From the NCBI GenBank assembly GCA_946614035.1, contig CAMOGJ010000007.1, positions 1,866 to 65,865 of the forward strand: a stretch of DNA of 64,000 bases, read 5' to 3'. A model generated the notes under the pieces. It was not told the DNA's origin and searched no databases. It saw nothing but the letters and a program-made list of their open reading frames with translations. Shown piece by piece: positions 27,578 to 37,526 of this stretch. The stretch's first letter is position 1; the number at the start of each line of letters is the position of its first letter. The translations under genes were made by a program, and so were the position numbers. The stretch comes from an uncultured Clostridia bacterium (lineage in GTDB: Bacteria; Bacillota; Clostridia; Christensenellales; CAG-138).

Positions 27578-28885
27578 ATGAATCGATCGGATCTTGACTG
27601 CACCAATGCTTTGCTCGACTTTCTTGAGGCAAGCCCCGTCAGCTTCGCCGCCGTCAAAGAGGTTGAAAAGCGGCTCGATGCGAACGGCTATACGCGGCTT
27701 TCGTTCCAAAGTCCCTGGACGCTCGAAAACGGCGGACGCTATTACGTCACGCGAAACGGCTCCTCGCTGATCGCATTCCAAACGGTTGCGGATGCGAACG
27801 GCTTTATGATCGCCGCGAGCCACAGCGATTCGCCGTGCTTCAAACTGAAAACGGAAAGCGAAGTCGTCGCCTGCGACCGATATATCAAGCTCAACACCGA
27901 GGGCTACGGCGGCATGATCGTTTCGAGCTGGTTCGACCGTCCCCTGTCCCTTGCGGGCCGCGCGATTGTGCGCTGCGGCGCAGCGTTTGAGACGAAGGTC
28001 GTAACCTTCGACCGCGACCTCTGCCTGATTCCGAACGTATGCATCCATTTCAACCGCGAGATCAACAACGGCTACAAGTACAACAAGGCCGTCGATTCGC
28101 TCCCACTGCTTTCCAACACGAAGGAAACCGGAACGGTGAAGCAGCTCGTTGCCGAACGGCTCGGCGTCGACGCGGATGCAATCGTCTCGCTCGACCTCTA
28201 CGTAATCAACCGCACGCGCGGCTCGATCTTCGGCGCGGACGACGCGTTCTTCTGCGCGCCGCGCATCGACGACCTGCAATGCGCGTACACGACGCTCGAA
28301 GCGTTCCTGAACGCCGAAGCGCCGAAAGCGATCCCCGTCTATGCGCTGTTCGACAACGAGGAGGTCGGCAGCGAGACCAAGCAGGGCGCGGCTTCCACGT
28401 TGCTCAACGACGTTCTGACGCGCATCGCGGCATCGAACGGTCGTGCACTGTCCGAGCTTCTGCCCGCGTCGCTGATGCTCTCGTGTGACAACGGACACGC
28501 CATGCATCCGAATCATCCGGAACTGTCCGACGCAAAGAATGCGCCGCACCTCAACGAAGGCGTTGTGATCAAGCACAACGCGAACCAGCGCTACGCGACC
28601 GACGCGCTTTCCGAAGCGCTCTTTGCAGAGGTCTGCAAGCGCGCGGATGTGCCGGTTCAGCATTTCTCCAACCGCAGCGACATAGCCGGCGGCGGCACGC
28701 TCGGCAGCATCAGCAATACGCGCGTTTCACTCAAAACGGTCGACATCGGACTTGCGCAGTTCGCTATGCACTCCGCAGTCGAAACGGGCGGCGTCAAGGA
28801 TACGGCATACATGATTCGCGCCTGCAAGGCGTTCTATGAAGCGGCTCTGCGGCTCGACGGCAACGGCGCGATCGAACTGCTTTGA
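27578..28885 (+). CDS. apeB: M18 family (aspartyl) aminopeptidase
   Basis: SHSDSP, SWFDRPLSLAGR, RIDDL, FDNEEVGS, DNGHAMHPN, GGGTLG, AMHS. Confidence 0.9.
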   Translation: MNRSDLDCTNALLDFLEASPVSFAAVKEVEKRLDANGYTRLSFQSPWTLENGGRYYVTRNGSSLIAFQTVADANGFMIAASHSDSPCFKLKTESEVVACDRYIKLNTEGYGGMIVSSWFDRPLSLAGRAIVRCGAAFETKVVTFDRDLCLIPNVCIHFNREINNGYKYNKAVDSLPLLSNTKETGTVKQLVAERLGVDADAIVSLDLYVINRTRGSIFGADDAFFCAPRIDDLQCAYTTLEAFLNAEAPKAIPVYALFDNEEVGSETKQGAASTLLNDVLTRIAASNGRALSELLPASLMLSCDNGHAMHPNHPELSDAKNAPHLNEGVVIKHNANQRYATDALSEALFAEVCKRADVPVQHFSNRSDIAGGGTLGSISNTRVSLKTVDIGLAQFAMHSAVETGGVKDTAYMIRACKAFYEAALRLDGNGAIELL

Positions 28886-28897
28886 ACCATGCGAATG

Positions 28898-28930
28898 CAA
28901 AACGGATCGGAACTTCCCGATCCGTTCTTT
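28898..28930. terminator. Bidirectional terminator
   Basis: AACGGATCGG-N-CCGATCCGTT flanked by A/T tracts. Confidence 0.75.
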
Positions 28931-29715
28931 TATTTCAGATAGGTTTTGATTGCGAGCAGCTTCAATCGCTTCGGCAGGATGCCGTACAGTTTCAGCAGCG
29001 GATTGCCGTTGCGCTTGTACAGAAAGCGCGGATGCTTTGCGCGCAGAATCGTCGAAAGCGTCTTTGCGATCGCTTCCGGCGGAATGCTCTTCGACTCAAC
29101 GCGATTCGTTACGGTCAGAAAACGCTCCGCCTGATTCGGATAACGCGCGGTGTTTGCGGTGAACGATTCGATGCGCTCGACCGACCGGTTGAGAAGCGGC
29201 GTCCTGACGGCACCGGGACGAATGACCGAAACGGAGATGCCAAGCAGCTGCAGCTCCATGGCGAGCGAAAACGCGTATTGCTCGAGCGTCCCTTTCGTGA
29301 TGCCGTACAGCCCAGTAAACGGCAGCGGATCGAGCGGTGCAAGCTCGCTTGTCACCAGCACGACACGACCGTTCTGTTCGAGCAGCGGGACAAACGCCTT
29401 GATGCAGCGGTACGCGCCGAATACGTTAATCTCGAAAATGTTCAAAAAGCGCTGTTCGTCGATCTCGATCAGCGAATCCGTATCATAGATTCCCGCCATA
29501 TAGACGATCGCGTAAAGGCGCGCATTCCGCACCGATGCAGCCGCCGCTGCAACGGACGTGGGATCGGTGACGTCGACCGAAACGAACCGAACGCCGTCCG
29601 GCACGCATGCGCCGACGCGATCCAGACCGATTACGTCGTAGCCCTCCTCGAACAGCAAACGTGCGCAGGCGGAGCCCATTCCCCCGCCTGCGCCGATCAG
29701 CAATACCGTTTTCAT
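28930..29715 (-). CDS. Short-chain dehydrogenase/reductase
   Basis: GAGGGMG Rossmann motif and YGITK catalytic motif; ATG overlaps the trpS stop (TAATG). Confidence 0.88.
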   Translation of the reverse strand: MKTVLLIGAGGGMGSACARLLFEEGYDVIGLDRVGACVPDGVRFVSVDVTDPTSVAAAAASVRNARLYAIVYMAGIYDTDSLIEIDEQRFLNIFEINVFGAYRCIKAFVPLLEQNGRVVLVTSELAPLDPLPFTGLYGITKGTLEQYAFSLAMELQLLGISVSVIRPGAVRTPLLNRSVERIESFTANTARYPNQAERFLTVTNRVESKSIPPEAIAKTLSTILRAKHPRFLYKRNGNPLLKLYGILPKRLKLLAIKTYLK

Positions 29716-30824
29716 TATTGTTTCGCCGCTTTGAGCAGCGCTTCCCATTCCTTCACGATCGAGCGATCGTCAAAGTAGTTGATGCGCATCGCCTTGCGCA
29801 CGCGCGCGAGCGTCGCATTGGTGGTCTCTACTGCCTTTTCGGTGCCCTCGCGCAAAATGTCATAGACCGCATCGATGTCGGCTTCCCAATTGGCGCGCGC
29901 GGCGCGGATCGGGGCAAGCTCGGATTCCAGCACATTGATCAGGAACTTCTTGCAGGTACCATCCCCGAGACCGCCCCTGCGATAGTGCGCTTTGAGCTCA
30001 TCGAGGTTCGCATACTCCGGCAGGAACTCCGCAAAGTGCGCATCGGTACAGAACGCGTCGAGGTATGTGAACACGACGTTGCCCTCTGTATGCCCGGGGT
30101 CCTCGATTCGAAGGTGCGTCGGGTCGGTGAACATCTTGCCGTTGACCTGCTTTTTCACGGTCTTCGAATCGTCCGAGAGATAGATGCAGTTGCCCAAGGA
30201 CTTACTCATCTTCGCCTTGCCGTCGACGCCCGGCAAACGGCGCTGCGTTTCGTTTTCGGGAATCATCGCCTTCGGCAGCACCAAGGTATCGCCGTAGATC
30301 TTATTGAACTTTTCGACGATCTCCCGCGTCTGTTCGATCATCGGAAGCTGATCCTCGCCGACCGGAACAACGTTTGCGTCAAACGCCGTGATATCCGCCG
30401 CCTGCGAAACCGGATAGCTGAAGAAGCCCGCCGGAAGTCCCTCGTCCGCGAAACCGCGCATCTGGATTTCCGCCTTGACGGTCGGATTTCTCGAAAGCCG
30501 CGCGGTCGTCACGAGGTTCATGTAATAGAAGGTCAGCGCATGCAGCGCGGGCAGCGCGGACTGCACGCAGATCGTGGACTTGTTCGGATCGATGCCGACG
30601 GAAAGATAGTCCAGCGCGACCTGAATCATGTTGTCGCGAATCTTGGCGGGATTGTCCGCATTGTCGGTCAGCGCCTGATCGTCCGCGATCAGAATGTTGA
30701 TCGCATCGAACTTGCCGGAGTTCTGCAATTCGACGCGGCGCTTCAAGGAACCGACGTAATGACCGAGGTGCAGCCGACCCGTGGGTCGGTCGCCGGTCAG
30801 AATGATGTTTTTCCCAGTATTCAT
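29715..30824 (-). CDS. trpS: Tryptophan--tRNA ligase
   Basis: [25 protein letters not shown]. Confidence 0.97.
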   Translation of the reverse strand: MNTGKNIILTGDRPTGRLHLGHYVGSLKRRVELQNSGKFDAINILIADDQALTDNADNPAKIRDNMIQVALDYLSVGIDPNKSTICVQSALPALHALTFYYMNLVTTARLSRNPTVKAEIQMRGFADEGLPAGFFSYPVSQAADITAFDANVVPVGEDQLPMIEQTREIVEKFNKIYGDTLVLPKAMIPENETQRRLPGVDGKAKMSKSLGNCIYLSDDSKTVKKQVNGKMFTDPTHLRIEDPGHTEGNVVFTYLDAFCTDAHFAEFLPEYANLDELKAHYRRGGLGDGTCKKFLINVLESELAPIRAARANWEADIDAVYDILREGTEKAVETTNATLARVRKAMRINYFDDRSIVKEWEALLKAAKQ

Positions 30825-30938
30825 ATTGCCTCCGAGATTTCCGATTTATGTGCATTATACCGCAAATCCGTCCGTTCGTCTATACCGATTTTCTTGATTC
30901 TCGATCCGATCCGTGATAGAATCGATTCGGAGGTGTGT

Positions 30939-31358
30939 ATGGAACTGTTTCGATTGACCGGCGCGGACGCGGATGCGTTGCTGCCCCTGCATATTGCCTA
31001 TAAGAAATCGATCGGCGAGGATGCGCCGACGCAGGAGGATTTCGCATCGCTGAAGCATGCGATCGAGGACGAACGCATCCTTTTCTTCGGCTGCCGCGAG
31101 AATGGTCAACTGATCGGCTGCTGCTCCGTTTCGATCACGTTTTCCACGTTCTGCTACGGTCCCTGCGGCGTCTTTGAGGACTTCTTTATTCTGCCGGCAT
31201 ACCGGCATAAGGGCATCGCGGATGCGCTTGTCCGCTTTGCGTTCGAAAACAGCGGCGTTATGTCCATGACCGTCGGCTGCGCGGACTGCGACCTTGCGAT
31301 GTACAAAGCCCTCGGCTTTACGATTCCGATCGGGAACATGCTCGCTTATAAAGCATAA
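30939..31358 (+). CDS. GNAT family acetyltransferase
   Basis: FEDFFILPAYRHKGIA and MYKALGF; GGAGG RBS. Confidence 0.85.
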   Translation: MELFRLTGADADALLPLHIAYKKSIGEDAPTQEDFASLKHAIEDERILFFGCRENGQLIGCCSVSITFSTFCYGPCGVFEDFFILPAYRHKGIADALVRFAFENSGVMSMTVGCADCDLAMYKALGFTIPIGNMLAYKA

Positions 31359-31384
31359 CGCACCGGATTGCCGGTGCGTTTTTC
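31357..31384. terminator. Terminator (GNAT/rpoD)
   Basis: AACGCACCGG-ATTG-CCGGTGCGTT followed by TTTC. Confidence 0.8.
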
Positions 31385-31389
31385 TTGTC

Positions 31390-32835
31390 TTATTCCAGGA
31401 AATCCTTGAGCTTCTTGCTTCTGGACGGATGACGGAGCTTGCGAAGCGCTTTTGCCTCGATCTGACGGATGCGCTCACGCGTGACGTTGAACTCCTTGCC
31501 GACCTCCTCGAGCGTTCTTGCCTTGCCGTCGTCAAGACCGTACCTCAGTCGCAGAACCTTCGCCTCGCGCGGGGTCAGCGTGTTGAGCACTTCGACGAGC
31601 TGTTCCTTCAGCAGCGCGACGGCTACGGCGTCCGCGGGCGCGGGCGCATCGTCGTCGGGAATGAAATCGCCGAGGTGCGAATCGTCCTCTTCGCCAATCG
31701 GCGTTTCGAGGGAAACGGGCTCCTGCGCGATCTTCAGGATCTCGCGAACCTTGTCCTCGGAAATGCCCATTTCATGTGCAATTTCATCGGGACGCGGGTC
31801 TCTGCCGAGCTCCTGCACGAGCTGACGGTTGACGCGGATCAGCTTGTTGATCGTCTCAACCATATGCACCGGAATGCGGATCGTGCGCGCCTGATCGGCG
31901 ATCGCGCGGGTAATCGCCTGACGGATCCACCACGTCGCGTACGTCGAGAACTTATAGCCCTTGCGGTAGTCGAACTTTTCGACCGCCTTAATCAGACCGA
32001 GGTTGCCTTCCTGAATGAGATCGAGGAACAGCATGCCGCGACCGACATAGCGCTTTGCGATTGATACGACCAGACGAAGGTTGGCTTCCGCCAGCTGATG
32101 CTTTGCGTCAAGGTCGCCGTCCGCCATGCGCTGCGCGATCTGAATCTCCTCCTCCGCGTTCAAAAGCGGCACCTTACCGATTTCTTTCAGATACATGCGG
32201 ACCGGATCGTCGATGTTGATGCCTTCGGTGCTTGCGAGGACGGTTTCGATCTGTGCGATTTCCTCGTTGATATCCTCCGGAATCTCGATTTCCTCGACGA
32301 TATCGATGTTCAGGTCTTCGAGTTCGCCGTAAATCTTGTCCATCTGATCGGCGTCGATCCCGAGCTCGTTCAGCGTGTCCATGATTTCGTTGTAGGTCAG
32401 AATGCCCTTTTGCTTGCCGGATTCCAACAGTTCGCGGATCTTCTGATCCGCGTTCACAGGCTTCATCTCCGCCTCGTCCTCCGTCTTGTCCTCGTCATCC
32501 TCGGACGTCTCCGGCTCCTCCTGCGGCTCCGCCTTCTTCGCCTTGGTCTTCTTTGCCTTGGGCTTCTTGACGGGCTCTTCCTTCGTTTCTTCGGCAGTCG
32601 CTTCCTCCTGCGGTTCCGTCGTCTTGGTCTTCGGCTTTGCGGCGCGCTTCGGCTTCTTCTCGGTTTCCGGCTCCGCTGCCGGTTCCGCTTCGATCGGCGT
32701 GCCCGCGGCTTCCGTTGCTTCCTGCACGGTCTCCTCCGCCTGTTCGGCGGCTTTTGCCTTGCTTACGCGCTTCTGTTCCGTCGCTTCGGCGGTCTGCATT
32801 TTCTTGGTTTTCTTTGCGGTTTTTGTTTCTTCCAT
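31390..32835 (-). CDS. rpoD: Primary sigma factor RpoD/SigA with long low-complexity N-terminus
   Basis: [44 protein letters not shown]. Confidence 0.97.
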   Translation of the reverse strand: MEETKTAKKTKKMQTAEATEQKRVSKAKAAEQAEETVQEATEAAGTPIEAEPAAEPETEKKPKRAAKPKTKTTEPQEEATAEETKEEPVKKPKAKKTKAKKAEPQEEPETSEDDEDKTEDEAEMKPVNADQKIRELLESGKQKGILTYNEIMDTLNELGIDADQMDKIYGELEDLNIDIVEEIEIPEDINEEIAQIETVLASTEGINIDDPVRMYLKEIGKVPLLNAEEEIQIAQRMADGDLDAKHQLAEANLRLVVSIAKRYVGRGMLFLDLIQEGNLGLIKAVEKFDYRKGYKFSTYATWWIRQAITRAIADQARTIRIPVHMVETINKLIRVNRQLVQELGRDPRPDEIAHEMGISEDKVREILKIAQEPVSLETPIGEEDDSHLGDFIPDDDAPAPADAVAVALLKEQLVEVLNTLTPREAKVLRLRYGLDDGKARTLEEVGKEFNVTRERIRQIEAKALRKLRHPSRSKKLKDFLE

Positions 32836-32846
32836 GTCCCGTCTCC

Positions 32847-34607
32847 TTATTTATTTGCCCGTATGCGATTGGTGATCTCTTTTAAAACGGCGTTTCTTTC
32901 CTCTGCCGTCAAATCCGTTCTTTTTAATTCCGCCTGCAGCCGCTCGATCTCGTCCGACTCGTTCTCCTGACCGAGCCGTTTCAAGCAGTCCGCCGCAACG
33001 CGTGCCGCGTTTTCCGTGGCTTCCTCGTCGTGCAGGATCGACGAAACCGTTTCCGCATCCTTTTCGGGAAGCTCTCCGACATAATTGGCAAGCGAGAAAT
33101 CCGCGCCCTGCTCGCGCAGCGCTTCGTACAATGCAAGGTAGGTCGGATTCTTGATCCGTGCGCCGGCGTTCCCGTCGATGCAGACGCGCATCGCCGCGCG
33201 ATCCTTGAGGCATGCCGCAAGCAGCGTTCGCTCGATCACGTCGCGCGCCTCTTCGTCCTGATCGATCCGCTTGCGAAATCCGCCGCGAATCGGCGCGCTC
33301 CTGTCCTGATCCGGCACGATCCCGCCGCTTCTCTGTCCCTGCGCTTCAAGCGCTTCCAACGCGTAACCGGTTTTGTTTGCGATCAGTCGATAGTAACGCT
33401 CCTGCTCGATCGGCTGCAGACTTGCGACGAACGCGCAGGCGTTTTTCGCGAACCGTTCACGCGCATTGATGTCCTCAAGATCATAGTTTCTCGCCATCGC
33501 TTCGATTTTAAACGCGTTCAGCGAGAGCGCATTTTCTTTCAGCCGGTCGAACCCGTCCTTGCCGTAGACCTGTACGTATTCGTCTGGATCGAGGTTGTCC
33601 GGGAAGATGATGACCCGAACCTCCAATCCCTCCGCGCGAAGAATGTCCAGTCCGCGCACCATTGCGTTCTGTCCCGCCGCGTCGCCGTCATAGGCGATAA
33701 ACACCTTCTCGACATATCGCTTCAACAGTCTTGCCTGCTGCTGCGTGAGCGCGGTTCCGAGACTGGCTACGGCGTTCCTAACGCCTGCCTTGTACAGTCC
33801 GATCACATCCATATAGCCCTCGACCATGATGAGATCGTCGAGCTTTTCGTTCTTGTGCAGGTTCAGCCCGTACAGGTTGTTGCGCTTGTTGTATACCGGC
33901 GTATCGCCCGTATTGATGTACTTCGGCTTTTCTTCGCCCATCACGCGCGCGCCGAAGCCGAGAACCGATCCGTTGATGTTCAGAATTGGAAAGATCAGCC
34001 GTCCGCGAAACGCGTCGTACACCGTATTGCGCTCGCTGTTGTGCACCAAAAGTCCGGCGTCGACCAGTTCCTTTTCGGCATAGCCGAGACTTTTGAGATG
34101 CTTTAACAGCGAATCCCAGGTATCCGGCGCAAATCCGATGCCGAACCGCGTGATGATATCGGCATTCAGGCCGCGCTTTGCGGCGTATTCGCGCGCCGTC
34201 TCGCCCGTCTTCGGATCGAGAAAGCACCGGCAATAGTAACGCGCGGCATCGCGGTTCGCTTCCAGCAGGCGTTTTTTATAGGCGCGCTGCTTTTGCAGTT
34301 CGCGATCGTTGATCTCGTTCGGCAGGTCCATGTTGACCCGCGCCGCGAGCTGCTGAACCGCCTCGTAAAAGGTCAGCCGCTCTATGTCCATCACGAACTG
34401 AATGACCGTGCCGCCCGCATGACAGCCGAAGCAGTAGAACAGCTGCTTGTCCGGCGAGACCGAGAACGACGGCGTTTTTTCGCCGTGCAGCGGACAGCAA
34501 GCCCACAGTTTACGTCCTTTGGGCTTCAGGTCCACGTATTCCGACACGACGGAAACGATGTCGTTTTTGTGCAGCAGCTCATCGAGCCATGCGCTCGGAA
34601 ATGCCAT
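32847..34607 (-). CDS. dnaG: DNA primase
   Basis: [15 protein letters not shown] zinc finger; PKYINT; EGYMDV; YDGDAAG; DPDE. Confidence 0.97.
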   Translation of the reverse strand: MAFPSAWLDELLHKNDIVSVVSEYVDLKPKGRKLWACCPLHGEKTPSFSVSPDKQLFYCFGCHAGGTVIQFVMDIERLTFYEAVQQLAARVNMDLPNEINDRELQKQRAYKKRLLEANRDAARYYCRCFLDPKTGETAREYAAKRGLNADIITRFGIGFAPDTWDSLLKHLKSLGYAEKELVDAGLLVHNSERNTVYDAFRGRLIFPILNINGSVLGFGARVMGEEKPKYINTGDTPVYNKRNNLYGLNLHKNEKLDDLIMVEGYMDVIGLYKAGVRNAVASLGTALTQQQARLLKRYVEKVFIAYDGDAAGQNAMVRGLDILRAEGLEVRVIIFPDNLDPDEYVQVYGKDGFDRLKENALSLNAFKIEAMARNYDLEDINARERFAKNACAFVASLQPIEQERYYRLIANKTGYALEALEAQGQRSGGIVPDQDRSAPIRGGFRKRIDQDEEARDVIERTLLAACLKDRAAMRVCIDGNAGARIKNPTYLALYEALREQGADFSLANYVGELPEKDAETVSSILHDEEATENAARVAADCLKRLGQENESDEIERLQAELKRTDLTAEERNAVLKEITNRIRANK

Positions 34608-34636
34608 GACAGGTCCTTTCTTGTGTCAAACGTACC

Positions 34637-35644
34637 TCAGCTCCAGCTTTTCGGTACGAAAATTCTTTCATATGTGCTGATCGCGTAGGTGTCGCTCATA
34701 CCGGCGATGAAGTCGGCAACGGCGCGTTCCTTACCCTCCGTCTCCAGCGTCGTGAGGTACTCCTCGTCGAGCAGTTCCGGATGCGCAAAGTAGTATTCAT
34801 ACAGCGCGCGCACGACGCCCTTCGCCTTTCCCTCCTCGCTCTTGGCGGTCGGGTTCAGATAGACGTGGTCGAACATAAACTTTCGAAGCACCTTGAATTC
34901 CTCGGCATAATCGGGCGAAAAGCGGATCACATCGCTGTCCTGACTGTTTTCGATCACATTGATGATCAGACTGTTGATGCGCTTCGCGTGCGTGTCTCCG
35001 AACAAATCGATGCAGGACTTCGGCAGGTCCGCCTCGGTCAGAACGCCCGCGCGCATTGCATCGTCGATGTCGTGATTGATGTATGCGATCCGGTCGGCAA
35101 GCGAAACGACCTTGCCTTCCGTCGTGGCGGGATGTCCGCTGCTCGTGTGATTTACGATGCCGTCGCGCACTTCCCACGTCAGGTTCAGGCCTTTGCCGTC
35201 GTATTCGAGTTTTTCCACGACGCGCAGGCTCTGTCTGTTGTGCTTGAATCCGCCGGGCAGTAGTTCGTTGAGCACTTCCTCGCCCGCATGACCGAACGGG
35301 GTGTGTCCGAGATCATGTCCCATCGCGATCGCTTCGGTCAGGTCCTCGTTGAGCCGCAGCGCGCGGGAGATTGTTCGAGCAATCTGCGTAACCTCAAGCG
35401 TATGCGTCAGGCGCGTGCGGTAGTGATCGCCCTTCGGCGCCAAAAACACCTGTGTCTTGTGCTTCAGTCTGCGAAACGACTTCGAATGCAGGATACGGTC
35501 TCGGTCGCGCACAAACTCGGTGCGCACGGGACAAAGCGCCATCGGGACCTCGCGCCCGCGCGTATTGACGACCAGTGTCGCATACGGCGAAAGCATTTGT
35601 TTTTCCCATTCTTCGCGCATTTTTCGAACCGATCCGTCTTCCAT
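34637..35644 (-). CDS. dgt: Deoxyguanosinetriphosphate triphosphohydrolase (HD family)
   Basis: FRRLKHKTQV, RTRLTHTLEV, HDLGHTPFGH, ADRIAY..HDIDD. Confidence 0.92.
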   Translation of the reverse strand: MEDGSVRKMREEWEKQMLSPYATLVVNTRGREVPMALCPVRTEFVRDRDRILHSKSFRRLKHKTQVFLAPKGDHYRTRLTHTLEVTQIARTISRALRLNEDLTEAIAMGHDLGHTPFGHAGEEVLNELLPGGFKHNRQSLRVVEKLEYDGKGLNLTWEVRDGIVNHTSSGHPATTEGKVVSLADRIAYINHDIDDAMRAGVLTEADLPKSCIDLFGDTHAKRINSLIINVIENSQDSDVIRFSPDYAEEFKVLRKFMFDHVYLNPTAKSEEGKAKGVVRALYEYYFAHPELLDEEYLTTLETEGKERAVADFIAGMSDTYAISTYERIFVPKSWS

Positions 35645-35725
35645 CGTCGCCCTCCGCAAAACTTTTCAATAGTTATATACTCCAAAACTTCATAAATTCC
35701 TTTTTTTACTGAAAAAAAGCGTATG

Positions 35726-35754
35726 AAAAAAGAGCGGGAGATCACTCTCCCGCC
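35726..35754 (-). terminator. Terminator of the hydrogenase operon
   Basis: GCGGGAGA-N4-TCTCCCGC with a U-tract on the minus strand. Confidence 0.7.
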
Positions 35755-35772
35755 TTCTATAACTATTATGAA

Positions 35773-37515
35773 TTATTTGTACAGACCGCGCTCGGTGTAG
35801 TGCGTGTGCAGCAGCTCGTGTGCTTTGTGGCTGTTCGGCTCGCCGAGGTAGTCGCGATAGAGCGCTTGCACTTCGGGGTTCTCATGGCTCTTGCGGAGCG
35901 GCATGTTGGAATCCTCGCCGTAAAGGCCCGCCGCGCGCTTTGCGCGAAGGTCGACGAAGTTGCGGATGTAGCCGGGCTGAATCGGCTGACCGCCGCCGTT
36001 GACGCAGCCGCCGGGGCACGCCATGACTTCGACGAACTCGTACTGCTTCTCGCCGCTCTTGATCATGTCGAGGAGCTTTGCCGCATTCTCGAGACCGCTG
36101 GTGACCGCGACGCGCACGGTGACGCCGTTCAGATCATAGGATGCTTCCTTGATCGCTTCGGTGCCGCGGACGGCATGGAACTCGACCTTTTCGAGCGTCT
36201 TGCCGGTGACCTTCTCATACGCGGTACGCAGAGCAGCTTCCATAACGCCGCCGGTTGCGCCGAAGATATGACCTGCGCCGGACGCAACGCCGAGCATCGG
36301 ATCGCAAACCTCATCGGGCAGTTCTTCGAATTTGATGCCCGCACGGCGGATCATCGAAGCGAGCTCGCGCGTGGTGATCGACACGTCAACATCCGGTACG
36401 CCGTCCTTGCCGAGTTCCGGACGCTGCACTTCGAACTTCTTCGCGGTGCACGGCATGACGGAAACGACGAAGATCTTCTTCGGGTCGATGCCCATCTTTT
36501 CGGCGTAGTAGGACTTCACCAGAGCGCCGAACATGCCTTGCGGCGATTTGCAGGTGCTGAGGTTCGGGATGAATTCCGGATAGTAGTGTTCGCAGAACTT
36601 GATCCAGCCGGGGCTGCAGCTCGTGATCATCGGGAGCTTGCCGCCCTTGGTGAGACGACCGATCAGCTCGGTGCCCTCTTCCATGATCGTGACGTCCGCC
36701 GCGTTATCCACGTCGAACACCTTGTCAAAGCCGAGGCGATGGAGCGCTGCAATCAGCTTGCCCTCGACATTCGTGCCGATCGGCATGCCGAATTCTTCGC
36801 CGAGCTGTACGCGGACGGACGGTGCGGGACCGACGACCACATGCATGTCGGGATCGGAAATTGCTTTCCAGACCTTATCGGTATCGTCGCGCTCGGTGAG
36901 TGCGCCGGTCGGGCAGACGCTGATGCACTGACCGCAGTTGACGCAGGAGGTCGATGCCAGCGGCAGATCGAACGCGCTCGCGATATGCGTCTTGAAGCCG
37001 CGCTCGTTTGCACCGATGACGTTGCAATGCTGGTTGTATTTGCACACAGCCACACAGCGACGGCACAGGATGCACTTCGAGTTGTCGCGGATGAGGTGGA
37101 TCGCGGAATCGTCGATGTCCGGCTCGGTCGGTGCGCCGTCGAACTTATGCGCATCGCAGCCGTATTCTTGGGACAGCGCCTGCAGTTCGCACTTGCCGCT
37201 TCTGACGCAGCTAAGGCAGTCCATACGGTGGTTCGAAAGCATGAGTTCGAGGGTCATCTTGCGGGATGCGCGAAGCGCCGGCGTATTCGTCTGCACTTCC
37301 ATTCCCTCGGCGACCTGCATCAGGCAGGCGACGGGGTTGCTGCGCGCGCCCTTGACTTCAACCACGCACATACGGCATGCGCCGATCGCGTTGATGTTCT
37401 TCATATAGCAGAGAGTCGGGATACGGATGCCTGCAAGCTCCGCCGCTTCCAGAATGGTGGAACCCGCGGGGACTTCGATCTCTCTTCCGTTGATTTTCAT
37501 TTTGATGGTATCCAT
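35773..37515 (-). CDS. hydA: [FeFe]-hydrogenase catalytic subunit (group A3, HydA/HndD-like)
   Basis: N-terminal 2Fe-2S, His-ligated 4Fe-4S and 2x[4Fe-4S] domains; H-cluster motifs TSCSPGW, MPCTAKKFE, EVMACPGGCVNGGGQP. Confidence 0.95.
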   Translation of the reverse strand: MDTIKMKINGREIEVPAGSTILEAAELAGIRIPTLCYMKNINAIGACRMCVVEVKGARSNPVACLMQVAEGMEVQTNTPALRASRKMTLELMLSNHRMDCLSCVRSGKCELQALSQEYGCDAHKFDGAPTEPDIDDSAIHLIRDNSKCILCRRCVAVCKYNQHCNVIGANERGFKTHIASAFDLPLASTSCVNCGQCISVCPTGALTERDDTDKVWKAISDPDMHVVVGPAPSVRVQLGEEFGMPIGTNVEGKLIAALHRLGFDKVFDVDNAADVTIMEEGTELIGRLTKGGKLPMITSCSPGWIKFCEHYYPEFIPNLSTCKSPQGMFGALVKSYYAEKMGIDPKKIFVVSVMPCTAKKFEVQRPELGKDGVPDVDVSITTRELASMIRRAGIKFEELPDEVCDPMLGVASGAGHIFGATGGVMEAALRTAYEKVTGKTLEKVEFHAVRGTEAIKEASYDLNGVTVRVAVTSGLENAAKLLDMIKSGEKQYEFVEVMACPGGCVNGGGQPIQPGYIRNFVDLRAKRAAGLYGEDSNMPLRKSHENPEVQALYRDYLGEPNSHKAHELLHTHYTERGLYK

Positions 37516-37526
37516 GGTCGCCCTCC

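Noticed and set aside
36600-36630. HydA L1 motif TSCSP instead of TSCCP
   Set aside because: This is a known common variant in multimeric group A [FeFe]-hydrogenases, not evidence of inactivation or novelty.
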